DNA of 64,000 nucleotides from an uncultured delta proteobacterium. GTDB taxonomy: Bacteria > Myxococcota_A > Polyangia > Polyangiales > Polyangiaceae. Numbering within the stretch: the stretch's first letter is position 1; each line of letters opens with the position of its first letter. The translations under genes were made by a program, and so were the position numbers. Positions 1 through 9,392 of this stretch are shown here, in pieces. The stretch covers positions 262,641-326,640 of the forward strand of contig CAWKKR010000011.1 in the NCBI GenBank assembly GCA_963850305.1, given 5' to 3'. The notes beneath the pieces are model-generated. The model worked only from the letters and a program-made list of their open reading frames with translations, did no database searches and had not been told where the DNA came from.

Positions 1-1021
1 CGATGCTGCGGAAGCGGTCCGACCTGCCGAACTGCACGAGGTGCCCGCCGTGCATCGTCTCCAGCCGGCATCCGAAATGCTGCGCCAGCTTGCGCGCGTT
101 CTCGATGGGTGTGATGCGGTCGGCTTCCGCGCCGATGACGAGGACGGTACTCGACGGAATCGCGAGCTTCCGGTGGAGCGGGCTGGTCATCTTGTGCACC
201 GCCTCGAGCGCCTTGTGCTGCGCCACGTCTTCTTCCGGCGTGTCGCCGAGATGGCCGTTGAGACGCGCCGCGTCCGCGATGGACGCGAGCGGGATGATCG
301 GGATCGCGAACGAGAGCTTCGATTCGACCGTCGCGGCGAGGGCCGTCGTGAATCCGCCGAGGCTCATGCCCATGACGCCGATCTTCTCGTGCCCGCGCGC
401 CGAGGCCCAGCCGACGAAGTCCTGGAAATCTGCCATCGCCTGGCGAAACCCCTCGTTCGTGATGCGAGGCTCGGCTCCGGGAAAGGGCGGGAGCTCGCCA
501 AAACGGCGGCGCATCCGCGGCCCATGGAAGGGCAGCACGAAGAGCGCGACGTCCATGCCGAGGCGTTCCAGGAACGGCAAGGGCCAGATGCGCTGCTCCA
601 TCCGGTGCACGCCGCCGAGGTAGCCGTGGATGAGAACCGCCATGGGCCGAGGCTCGGCATGGAGGACGAGGCGCGCGGTGGCCGTTCGATTTTCCTCCGA
701 GCGATCGTATTGCTCCTGAACTTCCGGCAGGAAGGTCCGGTAGTCACTCGCCCAGCTGACGTCCACGATGCGCGCGCCGTCGGGCCGGATCAGCTGCACT
801 TCTTCCTTCGGAACGATGAACCTGGGCTCCCGGAAGAAATGCTCATAGGCACCGAGCCGCTGATAGCGGTCCTTCAGCCGGTGCATGAGGGCGATACGCA
901 CCTCATGGCGGAGCGTCTTGGCGTGGCGCTGGCCCCCCGTGCGCGCGAGCGCCGTGCGACGCACGGCCAGGTCGACCGCAGCCGCGGCCGCGCCGCAGAG
1001 GCGCTGAGTAGCTCGCTGCAT
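1..1021 (-). CDS. alpha/beta-fold hydrolase; 3' end runs off the left window edge
   Basis: Absent from the ORF track because it has no stop inside the window. Manual reverse-strand translation from ATG (1021..1019) gives MQRATQRL...LIHGYLGG...GVMGMSLGGFTTALAA...EADRITPIENARKLAQHFGCRLETMHGGHLVQF. It has a G-x-S-x-G nucleophile elbow (GMSLGG, nt 353-370) and a C-terminal His motif. Plus-strand ORFs 3..623 and 41..1039 are Arg-rich shadows. Confidence 0.8.
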   Translation of the reverse strand, partial: MQRATQRLCGAAAAAVDLAVRRTALARTGGQRHAKTLRHEVRIALMHRLKDRYQRLGAYEHFFREPRFIVPKEEVQLIRPDGARIVDVSWASDYRTFLPEVQEQYDRSEENRTATARLVLHAEPRPMAVLIHGYLGGVHRMEQRIWPLPFLERLGMDVALFVLPFHGPRMRRRFGELPPFPGAEPRITNEGFRQAMADFQDFVGWASARGHEKIGVMGMSLGGFTTALAATVESKLSFAIPIIPLASIADAARLNGHLGDTPEEDVAQHKALEAVHKMTSPLHRKLAIPSSTVLVIGAEADRITPIENARKLAQHFGCRLETMHGGHLVQFGRSDRFRSI

Positions 1022-1130
1022 CGTTCGGCTGGAGCCTAGTGCAGAACCGGCGTTCGGCCAGGGGAAAAAGTGTGAACGACCGCTGGTTACGGTGACATCG
1101 ACGCACATGGGTCGCTCTCTCCGCCGCGTC

Positions 1131-2717
1131 TCACGGACGCTCGTCACGCCTCTCGAGCACCCAGGCTCGCCCCTCGGCCTCGCTGGCGACGGTGAAATGC
1201 GGCGCATCCACGACGGCGTCGAGCGCGAAGTAGCGCGGCAGCTCCGGATCGTCCGCGAGCTTGCGGAGAACGGCGGGATGGATGACCGCGAAGCGCGCGC
1301 CGTAGAGCGCCGCGAGCTGGGCGAGCCCGCGCGGATAGTGTGTAACGGCGATCGCCGCATCGCGACCGAAGAGGAGCTCATGGTCGTTCAAGCCGAGCAG
1401 ATCGATGGTCGTTCGATCGCCGAAGTACCGGATCGCGCCGGCATCGTCCGAGAGAACTACGGCATTCACGGGCGTGTGCGCTGCGAGCCATTTTCCGAGG
1501 CGCACCTGGAGGTCGTCGATGTTGCGACAGTTCCACGAATAGCGCGCCGCGAAGACCGCGTGATCGGCCGGGTACGCGAGGCAGCAGCCGAGCCCACAGA
1601 CGAGCGCCGCAGTGCGACCCGCGACCCGGAAGAACGCGGCCGACAGCATCCGGGATCGGCTGCCGGCCTGCAGGACGACGTCTTCGACCGCGACGATGCC
1701 GGATGCGAGCGGCAAGAATGCGAGCGGTAGCGCCGGCACGAGGTAGCGCAGGAAATAGAAGAACCGCGCCGCGTCGGCGGGCACGTGACGGGTCGCGGCG
1801 ACGCCGGCAACGAAGACCCAGGGCGCGAGCACCGCCGGAAGACTCCGCGGACCGCGCGAGCGCACCACCACGGCGGCGCCCGCCACCACGAGCAGCGTCG
1901 CGAGCCCGAGCGCACGCGTGGGCGCGTCGAACCAGAGGGCAATCACCGCGCGACCGAAATTGCCGAGCGCGTCGCGAGCGTCGTGCTTCGCATAGAAGGT
2001 GTTCGGCAAAGGGTGCCGCGTGACGAAAAAGCAATATGCGCCCCACAGCCCGAGCGCCACGACCGCGGGCACGGTCGCTCGAACCATCGCTCGGCTGCGT
2101 TCGCGAGAAATGGGCACTGCGGCGGCCGCCAGTGGTAGGAGCACGGCGGCTTCGGGACGCGCCAGACACGCGAGCGCAAGCCACCATCCCGACGCGCGAA
2201 AGTGACCGCGTAGCCACTCGGCAGCGGTCGCGAGCAGCAGAGCGCCGGCGAGGCTCGTCTCCATTCCGGAGACTTGCGAGAACGCGACGAACGGGTGCGC
2301 CGCCAGGAGCAGTCCTGCGACGAGACTCGGCCAGTACCGCGAGGACAGGAACAGCGACGTCTCGAAGAGCAGCCCGCTCGCGCACGCGGCAAGTGCGACG
2401 CCGAACGCCTTGACGACGAGCACGACGGGCAGTGCCGTGACGCGCGCCACGAGGTGAGCGACCGCCACGCACGCCATCCAGAGCGGGCTCGTGAACCCTG
2501 CCTCGAGCGTGCCGGCGTTGTAGAACGGGGCCCCGTGCTCGGCGAGCGCGCGCCCGTAGACCATGTGGATCCAGGCGTCGTCGAGCGGGAAACCGGAATG
2601 CGCCGCGGCGGTCCCGCACGCTCTTCCGCCGCAATAGGCCGCCGCGAGCGCGACGTGGACCGCGGCGAGCAGACCCCAGGCTAAAGCTCGGTCCCGGGGG
2701 CGCCGGTGGTCTTCCAT
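1131..2717 (-). CDS. polytopic membrane protein, GT-C-like (ArnT/PMT-type) putative glycosyltransferase
   Basis: The track ORF is 1131..3203, but sequence upstream of ATG 2717 is Arg/Ser-rich junk overlapping the divergent kinase gene. From MEDHRRPRDRALAWGLLAAV the protein is a string of hydrophobic helices. Its first-loop motif FPLDDAWIH is shared with the paralogue at 44612..46199, and it ends in a soluble C-terminal domain. The family call rests on architecture only. Confidence 0.75.
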   Translation of the reverse strand: MEDHRRPRDRALAWGLLAAVHVALAAAYCGGRACGTAAAHSGFPLDDAWIHMVYGRALAEHGAPFYNAGTLEAGFTSPLWMACVAVAHLVARVTALPVVLVVKAFGVALAACASGLLFETSLFLSSRYWPSLVAGLLLAAHPFVAFSQVSGMETSLAGALLLATAAEWLRGHFRASGWWLALACLARPEAAVLLPLAAAAVPISRERSRAMVRATVPAVVALGLWGAYCFFVTRHPLPNTFYAKHDARDALGNFGRAVIALWFDAPTRALGLATLLVVAGAAVVVRSRGPRSLPAVLAPWVFVAGVAATRHVPADAARFFYFLRYLVPALPLAFLPLASGIVAVEDVVLQAGSRSRMLSAAFFRVAGRTAALVCGLGCCLAYPADHAVFAARYSWNCRNIDDLQVRLGKWLAAHTPVNAVVLSDDAGAIRYFGDRTTIDLLGLNDHELLFGRDAAIAVTHYPRGLAQLAALYGARFAVIHPAVLRKLADDPELPRYFALDAVVDAPHFTVASEAEGRAWVLERRDERP

Positions 2718-2910
2718 GGGCTGAATCTCGGGCGTCGCCGCGATGCCGGAGATTGGCGAGAAATGCGCACGGCCCGCGCATCTGCGCAAGCGCAGGCCGC
2801 CGGCGCTGCACCCTGGCCCGTCGTCCGATTCGGCCGCAGCGGACTCAAGGCACTCGCTCGCGCTCCCGGCGCGCGGTATCGGTGATCCGGGTGGAAGAGG
2901 AAGCCACACA

Positions 2911-4345
2911 GTGAAGAAGCCAACGAGCCTCCGGGCGATCCTGGCGACCGTGACCGTCCTCGTGACGGCGCTGGCGGTACTGAGTGCCGGGGCCCTCGTC
3001 GGAATGACGACCATCTTGCGCGAGACCACGGCGCGGAGCGGGACGTCAGTGGAAGCCGTGCGGCTCGCCGAGGAAATCCAGACGGATCTCTTGCTCCACG
3101 AGCGCGCGAAGGACCCGCTCCTCAAGCGGCAGATCGAGAGCGAGATGCGGCGCAAGGTCCTGGAGGCGCGACGATTCGTCACGGGCGAACGAGAAGCACG
3201 CAAGCTGGCCGAAGCCGAGTCGAAGGTCGACTCTTACGTGACTCTTGGCGGGGCAGACGTGAGTCCCGCCGGACACGAGGCTCGGCAGGGCGCTGCCTAC
3301 GATGCGCTCGAAGAGCTGGTGATCATCAACGTGGAGCAGTCGAAGGCGGCCGAGCGGGACGCCGCCCGCTGGAACACCGTCGGCAACGCCGTCGGCGGCG
3401 TTTGCGGGGCGCTCGTGGTGCTCGTCGCGACTGCCCTGGTTGCGTGGTTGAGCGGGCGCGCCTTCAAGCCAATCATCGGGCTCGCGTCGGCGATGGATCG
3501 GTTCGGACGCGGAGACCGCGACGTGCGCGCGGCCGAGGATGGCCCGAGCGAGATCCGCGAGATGTGTCGTCGCTTCAATCAAATGGCGTCAGTGATCGCT
3601 GTCCAGCGATCCGCGCAAATCGCCTTCCTGGGGGGCGTCGCTCACGACCTTCGGAACCCGCTGTCGGTCCTGCGGATGTCGGTCCCGTTGCTCGCGTCGG
3701 GAGACCGGCCTCCGCCTGCGGAGAGGCTGACTCGCACCGTCGAGAAGATCGACCGGCAAATCACGCGCATGGAGCGCATGCTCGGGGACTTCCTCGACGT
3801 CGCCAAGAATCGAAGCCGGTGAGCTCGAGCTCCGGCTCGACGTACACGATGCAAGAGCGCTCGTCCTCGACGTCGCGAGGCTGTTCGATGGCGTCGCGCC
3901 GGAGCATCGGCTCGAGGTTCGAGTGCCCGACGACTTCACTCCAGTGTGCTGCGATCAACTTCGCATCGAGCAGGTGCTGACCAACCTGATCAGCAATGCC
4001 CTCAAGTACTCGCCAGGCGGGAGCAAGGTCGAGGTCGTGTTGAAGCCGCGAGAGGACGAGCTCGAGCTAAGCGTCGTCGACCACGGGGTCGGCATCGCGG
4101 AGAACGACCGAGCAAGGATGTTCGAACCGTTCCGCCGAATCGGATTGTCCGCGGGAACGGTGCCCGGCGTGGGGCTCGGGCTCTTCGTCGTTCGCAAGAT
4201 CATCGACGCTCATCGGGGTCGCATCGAGGTGGAGAGCGTGGTCGGTTCGGGGTCCGAGTTTCGCGTCTTCCTACCGGCATCGCACGAAAGCATCGTACGG
4301 TGCGGCTCGTGCACGGGAGTCTCGACGGCGTCGAACGGATCGTGA
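2911..4345 (+). CDS. sensor histidine kinase (TM, HAMP, HisKA, HATPase_c), reading frame broken near 3805-3812
   Basis: GTG at 2911 follows GGAAGAGGAAG. A TM helix (LRAILATVTVLVTALAVL) and a HAMP domain precede the H-box GGVAHDLRNPLSVL. The frame stops at 3822 after DFLDVAKNRSR. The +1 frame continues IEAGELELRLDVHDARAL...DQLRIEQVLTNLISNALKYSP (N box), DHGVGI (G1) and GVGLGL (G2) to 4345. Removing one A from AAGAATC restores DVAKIEAGELEL. Confidence 0.85.
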
Positions 4346-4424
4346 CCGGTCGAAACGGCACGCTCCGCTCGCCGTTCGGCGCGCCCATGCGACCGACCCC
4401 GCGGCGCCGGGACGAGGTGAGCCC

Positions 4425-5660
4425 GTGACCGGCGTGGAACTCGTCGCCGTTTTCGTGTCGCTCGCCGCCGTGCTCGCCTACGTCAATGCGCGAGCTCTCC
4501 GGCTCCCTTCGGCGATCGGACTGATGGCGCTCGCGCTCTTCGTGTCGTTCGCCGTCGTCGGGCTCGGCAAGTACGGGATCATCGACGCATCGCGGGTGCA
4601 GGGGCTCGTGGCGCGCGCCGATTTCTCCGACGCCCTGATGCACGGCGCGCTCGGCCTGCTCCTCTTCGCAGGCGCTCTCCACGTGGACATCGTCGACCTC
4701 GTGGCGCAGAGAAGCTCGATCGCGACGCTCGCGCTCGGCAGCACGCTCCTCTCGACGGCGATCGTCGGCGCTGCGACGTTCGTACTCTTGCGCTCCCTTG
4801 GCCACGACATCGATCTCGCGGATGCGTTTCTGTTCGGCGCCCTCATCTCGCCCACCGATCCGATCGCCGTTCTCGGGATTCTCAGGTCGGCGAAGGCCCC
4901 GACCGAGCTGGCCGTGCAGATCAGCGGCGAGTCCCTGTTCAACGACGGCATCGGCGTCGTGCTCTTCATGACGATCAGCGAAGCGTCGCGCAGCGGCCAC
5001 GTCACGGGCACGGGAATGGCGCTGCTGTTCGCTCGCGAGACGCTCGGCGGCGCGGCGTTCGGACTCGCCCTCGGTTACCTGGGCTTTCGACTCCTGCGGA
5101 GCATCGACGATTACTCGGTGGAGGTATTGATCACACTCGCCGTCGCCCTCGGCGGTTATGCCCTCGGCGAGCGACTTCACGTGTCGGCGCCGATCGCCGC
5201 GGTCGTCGCCGGGCTCATCGTCGGCAACCAAGGCCGGAGACTCGCGATGTCGAAGCTGACGCGGGAGCACGTGGACGTGTTCTGGAAACTCGTCGACGAG
5301 ATCTTGAACGCCATCTTGTTCCTCGCGCTCGGGCTCGAAGCGACCCGCCTGACGGTCGGCCCGGGGATGCTGCTGGCGGCGGGGCTCGTCGTGCTCATCG
5401 TGCTCGGTGCGCGCTTGATCTCGGTGGCGATACCGGTGTCGCTGCTCCGGATGCGCAGCAAGTTCCCTCCGCACGCCGTGAAGATCTTGACCTGGGGGGG
5501 CCTCAGAGGAGGCATCTCCGTGGCCCTGGCCCTGTCTCTCCGGAACGGTCTCTTCGGCGATCGAATCGTGCTCCTCACCTACGCCGTCGTGGCTTGTTCG
5601 ATCCTCGTCCAGGGTCTTTCCCTGGGCCGCGTCGTGCGCCACCTCGGGAGCGGCGCGTGA
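4425..5660 (+). CDS. CPA1-family Na+/H+ (cation/proton) antiporter, NhaP-type
   Basis: 411-aa polytopic protein with a GTG start. Characteristic segments include FGALISPTDPIAVLGIL, ISGESLFNDGIGVVLF and TWGGLRGGISVALALS. Confidence 0.85.
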   Translation: MTGVELVAVFVSLAAVLAYVNARALRLPSAIGLMALALFVSFAVVGLGKYGIIDASRVQGLVARADFSDALMHGALGLLLFAGALHVDIVDLVAQRSSIATLALGSTLLSTAIVGAATFVLLRSLGHDIDLADAFLFGALISPTDPIAVLGILRSAKAPTELAVQISGESLFNDGIGVVLFMTISEASRSGHVTGTGMALLFARETLGGAAFGLALGYLGFRLLRSIDDYSVEVLITLAVALGGYALGERLHVSAPIAAVVAGLIVGNQGRRLAMSKLTREHVDVFWKLVDEILNAILFLALGLEATRLTVGPGMLLAAGLVVLIVLGARLISVAIPVSLLRMRSKFPPHAVKILTWGGLRGGISVALALSLRNGLFGDRIVLLTYAVVACSILVQGLSLGRVVRHLGSGA

Positions 5661-5676
5661 GGCTCACGCATTGCCG

Positions 5677-6513
5677 TCAGACGGGCTCGCCGACGGCACC
5701 AGGCGATTCCTCGGCGGAAACCGACGCTTTCACCGGACCATGGGTGAGATACAGCGCAAGCCCCGTGAACACGAAGCCGCCCACGACGTTGCCGAGCGTG
5801 ACGGGGATCTGATTCCAGAGCCACCAGTCGGATAGCGAGACCTTCGCGCCCAGCATCATGCCGGTCGGGATGACGAACATGTTGACGATGGAGTGTTCGA
5901 AGCCTTGCGCGAAGAAGATGAAGATCGGAAGCCAGCAGCCGACGATTTTTCCGGCGGTCGAGGTGGATGCCATGCCCATCACGACGCCCAGACACACCAT
6001 CCAGTTGCACAGGATGGCTTTCACGAACGCCGTGGCCCAGCCCGCGGCTCCGAAATGGGCGTACCCGAGCGTCTTCGCCTCGGCGATGGCGACAATCTTC
6101 TCTCCCACGCCCGTGGCCGCAACGTGACCGAAGTCCGTGAGCGCGACGTAGAGCAGCGCTCCGTAAAAGACGCTCCCGAGCAGGTTGCCGAACAGCACCC
6201 AGAAGAGATTGGCGATCATCTTCCCTGGCGCGAGCTTGCCTTCCATCGCCGCGAGCGGAAGGAGCGAGAAGCTGCCCGTCGCGAGCTCGAGGCCCAGAAC
6301 GATGATCATCGCGAACCCGACCGGGAAGACCAGAGCGCCGACGAGCGGCATCTTGGTCTGCACGATCGCGCCGATGGCGAGGCTCGTCGCGTAGCCGAGC
6401 AACGCGCCGGAGAGAAAGCCGCGAATGACCAGGTCCTTGGTCGGTAGCGCGCCCTTCGTCGCGCCCGTGTTCACCATGTTCTTCACGACCTCGATCGGAT
6501 TGACGTAGTCCAT
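5677..6513 (-). CDS. formate/nitrite transporter (FNT) family channel
   Basis: The start was trimmed to ATG 6513 (MDYVNPIEVVKNMV...) because the upstream part of ORF 5677..6690 is Arg-rich. It has six hydrophobic helices and FNT-type motifs (LGLELATGSF, AILCNWMVCLGV, FEHSIVNMF). Confidence 0.85.
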   Translation of the reverse strand: MDYVNPIEVVKNMVNTGATKGALPTKDLVIRGFLSGALLGYATSLAIGAIVQTKMPLVGALVFPVGFAMIIVLGLELATGSFSLLPLAAMEGKLAPGKMIANLFWVLFGNLLGSVFYGALLYVALTDFGHVAATGVGEKIVAIAEAKTLGYAHFGAAGWATAFVKAILCNWMVCLGVVMGMASTSTAGKIVGCWLPIFIFFAQGFEHSIVNMFVIPTGMMLGAKVSLSDWWLWNQIPVTLGNVVGGFVFTGLALYLTHGPVKASVSAEESPGAVGEPV

Positions 6514-6730
6514 GGGCTTTGACCTTCGCTCAGCAACCCTCGTGCCACGGCCTTCGATCCGCGCTTCGCAGGCTCGGCTCCCCCCAAAGCGTGCTCCGGT
6601 CATGGCCCCGAGACGGAACCGACATCTTCGATGCTTCGGCTGCAATCTTGCCCGACAAATCTGTCGTGACCCTGGACGCCGCACGGACAAATTTGTCGCG
6701 ACCCCGTGACGTCGTGTACGTCTCGGGCGA

Positions 6731-8467
6731 ATGTTCGGGATGTTCCCGGTGCTCGGCGCGCTCGGGCTCCTCTACTGGCTCACGGCCGCGACGACCGTGC
6801 TCGGCGCCGACAACGGCGAGTTCTGCACGCTGTTCGCGACGGGCGGCGTCGCGCACCCGAGCGGCTATCCGCTCTACGTCCTCTTGCTGCGGGCGTTCGC
6901 GTGGCTCCCGGCTCCGACGCCGGCGCACGGCGCCGCGATCGTCACCGCGGGCATCGGGCTCGGCGCCGCGGTGCTCCTGTTTCACGCCTGTCGCGCGTGG
7001 GGCTCCGGCGCGAGCGCCGCCGCACTCGCCGCGGTCGTCTACGCGCTTTCGCCCGTCGCGTGGGATCTGTCGACTCAAGCCGAGGTCTTCGCGCTGAATG
7101 CCGCAATCGCCGCCGCCATCCTCTGGCTCGCTGCGCCGGAAGGCCCCGCACGCGGTGTCGCGCGCGTCGCGTGGCTCGGCGCGCTCGCGGGCCTCGGGTT
7201 GTCGGACCACCACACGATCGTGCTGCTCGCGCCCGTGGGCCTTTACGGCGCAGCACTCGGAGCCCGCGAATCGACGGAGCCACTCCGGGCCTGGCTTCTG
7301 GGTGCTGGTGCGCTTTTGTTGGGGCTCTTGCCCTATGGGACGCTTCCCCTGTTCGCGCGCGGCGACCCTCTGACCCATTTCGTCTGGGGGGACGTCACCA
7401 CGCTGCGCGGCATCGTCGCGCACTTCCGCCGCGCGGACTACGGCACGACGACGCTCGCGCTCGGTAACGCGCCTCTGCGCCCGCTCGCGCAGCTCATGGC
7501 GCTCGCAAGGCGGCTCTTCGTCGACCTGCGCGTCGTGCCGCCGCTCATCGGCGTCGCGGTTCTCGTTGCGAAGTGCGCCGGGCGTGGCGTCGCGAATCGC
7601 ACCGAGCGCGTCGCGTTCGTGAGCCTCGCCGCGGCGTTTCTGCTCGCGGGGCCGCTGTTCGTCCTCTTCATGAACGTGCCCGCCACGCCGGAGGGCGCCG
7701 CCATCGTGCGGAGGTTTCATCTGCTCCCCGCGCTGCTCCTCTGCGTGCCCTTCGCCGTCGGAGCCGAGGCGCTGCTCGGCCGCGCGAGCGCGCTCCTTCG
7801 AGGCGCGGCGATTGCCGGCGTGATCTGTCTCGATGTGTGGCTCGGCTTGCCGGGAATCGCGAACGAGCGCCGGCCCATGCTCGAGAACTACGTCCTCGAC
7901 ACACTCGCGACCGTGCCGGAGAACGCGGTCGTGTTCGGCAGCGGCGACGAGCGCGTCTTCGGCTTCCTCTACGCGAAGCTCGGGCTCGGAGTCCGCCGCG
8001 ACGTGACGTTCGTCAGTCCCATCTTGCTCCACTACGGCTGGTATCACCGCCGCGTCGAAGCCGAGCTCGGCATGACGCTCCCCGGACCGAAGCACGGCTC
8101 TATCAGCACGGTCGACCTCGCGGCGACCGTCCTGAGCCACGGCCGTCCGCTGTTCCTCGCGGACGCGGGCACCGGCGCGATCCTCCGCGCCTTTGCGACG
8201 TTCCCCGTCGGCACGGTGATCGTCGTACTGCCGCCGGGAGCAAGCCCGCCGCCACCGGATGCCCTCGAACGAACGAACGTCGCGCTCTACGCGCGTTACC
8301 GCATCGATCCGAGCGTGCGCAACGCGCGCCAAGCGTGGACCGCCGGCCCGCGCCAGGCGTACGCGCGCCCCTGGTACACCCTCGCCGCCGCGTTCGGAGC
8401 GCGCGGGGACGCCGCGGGAGCCGCGCGCAACGCCGACCGCGCCGCGGCCATCGACGTCCCGCGGTGA
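6731..8467 (+). CDS. DUF2723 / TMEM260-like membrane protein (putative protein O-mannosyl-type GT-C glycosyltransferase)
   Basis: 578 aa. The N-terminal motif GADNGEFCTLFATGGVAHPSGYPLYVLL is typical of DUF2723. About ten hydrophobic helices are followed by a soluble C-terminal domain. Confidence 0.8.
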   Translation: MFGMFPVLGALGLLYWLTAATTVLGADNGEFCTLFATGGVAHPSGYPLYVLLLRAFAWLPAPTPAHGAAIVTAGIGLGAAVLLFHACRAWGSGASAAALAAVVYALSPVAWDLSTQAEVFALNAAIAAAILWLAAPEGPARGVARVAWLGALAGLGLSDHHTIVLLAPVGLYGAALGARESTEPLRAWLLGAGALLLGLLPYGTLPLFARGDPLTHFVWGDVTTLRGIVAHFRRADYGTTTLALGNAPLRPLAQLMALARRLFVDLRVVPPLIGVAVLVAKCAGRGVANRTERVAFVSLAAAFLLAGPLFVLFMNVPATPEGAAIVRRFHLLPALLLCVPFAVGAEALLGRASALLRGAAIAGVICLDVWLGLPGIANERRPMLENYVLDTLATVPENAVVFGSGDERVFGFLYAKLGLGVRRDVTFVSPILLHYGWYHRRVEAELGMTLPGPKHGSISTVDLAATVLSHGRPLFLADAGTGAILRAFATFPVGTVIVVLPPGASPPPPDALERTNVALYARYRIDPSVRNARQAWTAGPRQAYARPWYTLAAAFGARGDAAGAARNADRAAAIDVPR

Positions 8468-8469
8468 GT

Positions 8470-8929
8470 CGGGAGAGCGGTAGTCAGCCGATCTTGATCT
8501 GACGCGTAGTCGCGGAACGCTCGCTCGACGAGCTTCAAAAAAGCGCGCCCGCCGGCCTCCGAAAGTAACGATTTCCGTGTCGCGCAAGCGATATGCCTTT
8601 GCGAGCTTCTCGCACGCATCCGCGCGGAAGCTTGAGCTCACCGTTCTTGAGCTGCTCGTGCTCCTCCGGCGTAATCTCCGCGATCACGGTCGGGCTGGGC
8701 GTGTCCCTCGTTGGTGCGAAGGCGAACGGCTCGATACTTCCAGTCGCCACGGTATTGGCGTTGTAGAGCGGACAGGCCGTCGCTCCGTCGAGTCTCTTCT
8801 CCGCCGACCGCGACAGATCGGTCGCGGCGCGGGCACCTGGAACAGCGTTGCGGGTTCGACGCAGAGTGCGTTTCCGTATTCCAGATGACCTGGCTCACCC
8901 ACTGCGCCGAGGTCCTTGAGTTTGGCCAT
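8470..8929 (-). pseudogene. possible decayed ORF of unknown family, readable only by hopping between frames
   Basis: Protein-like stretches with moderately high GC3 occur in successive reverse frames. These are MAKLKDLGAVGEPGHLEYGNALCVEPATLFQVPAP, then DLSRSAEKRLDGATACPLYNANTVATGSIEPFAFAPTRDTPSPTVIAEITPEEHEQLKNGELK, then SFRADACEKLAKAYRLRDTEIVTFGG, then LKLVERAFRDYASDQDRL. No single frame is open across them. Confidence 0.3.
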
Positions 8930-9089
8930 CGGGCGCGCAGCGTTTCGCGTGTGACGCCGATGCCGGGGGCCGTTGACTGCGGTGGGACAGGAGCTGCGCG
9001 GCTGGTATCGGTGCCCCACGCTTCGGACATGCGTTCGCGGCGGTCAAACTCCGCCGAGCCGGCCTTTTTCCCCGCGCGCGCTACGATGA

Positions 9090-9385
9090 GCTCCCTTTGG
9101 CTCGACTCGAGCCGTCCGGAGCTTGGCCAAGCTCCCGCCGGCTTGGTTCGAGCCTCTTGCGAGCTCAAATAAGCTCCCTTTGGCTCGACTCGAGCCATCC
9201 GGGGCTCGGCCAAGCTCCCGCCGGCTTGGTTCGAGCCTCTTGCGAGCTCAAATAAGCTCGCCTTGGCTCGACTCGAGCCATCCGGAGCTAAAATAAGCAA
9301 ATTCCGGCTCGACCCGAGCGATCGGGAGGCAGCCGTGAGCTCGCTTTGGCTCGACTCGAGCCATCCGGAGCTAAAACGAAGGCAG
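9090..9385. repeat. 83-bp-period tandem repeat (two full near-identical units plus two partial units), each with a perfect 15-bp palindrome GGCTCGA-C-TCGAGCC
   Basis: Units run 9090-9172 and 9173-9255 and differ at about 3 positions. The first ~37 nt recur at 9256 and 9339. Palindromes lie at 9099-9113, 9182-9196, 9265-9279 and 9348-9362, exactly 83 bp apart. Each full unit ends in a GCGAGC-TCAAATAA-GCTCGC hairpin with an AT-rich loop. Confidence 0.9.
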
Positions 9386-9392
9386 CACCGGC

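Noticed and set aside
2718-3203. Upstream extension of the membrane-protein ORF 1131..3203
   Set aside because: It is Arg/Ser-rich, overlaps the divergent histidine-kinase gene start (2911) and has no hydrophobic segments. ATG 2717 begins the real protein.
6530-8641. 703-aa minus-strand ORF, and similar very long ORFs at 4200..5642, 15245..16318, 17590..18918, 20890..22302, 27580..29586, 29636..31096, 32257..33363, 55140..56396, 57774..58886 and 59799..60806
   Set aside because: All lie antisense or out of frame to genes with clear conserved motifs. They are dominated by Arg/Ala/Gly/Asp/Glu, lack any recognisable domain and have the wrong codon-position GC pattern. They are shadow ORFs typical of high-GC DNA.
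9140-9160. tRNA-like T-loop sequence GGTTCGAGCC inside the repeat units
   Set aside because: The flanking bases cannot form a T-stem, and no acceptor, D or anticodon arms can be drawn. It is better explained as a half-site of the palindrome.
9090-9385. Possible CRISPR array, because of regularly spaced palindromic repeats
   Set aside because: The two full 83-bp units are near-identical over their whole length, so there are no unique spacers. The period and repeat size do not fit CRISPR, and no cas genes are nearby. It is a tandem repeat.
8468-9392. Genomic island or mobile element, suggested by decayed gene fragments here and at 48346-48870 and 52434-53012
   Set aside because: I recognised no integrase, transposase, tRNA target, terminal inverted repeats or direct-repeat boundaries. 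Flanking genes have the same composition as the rest of the window.
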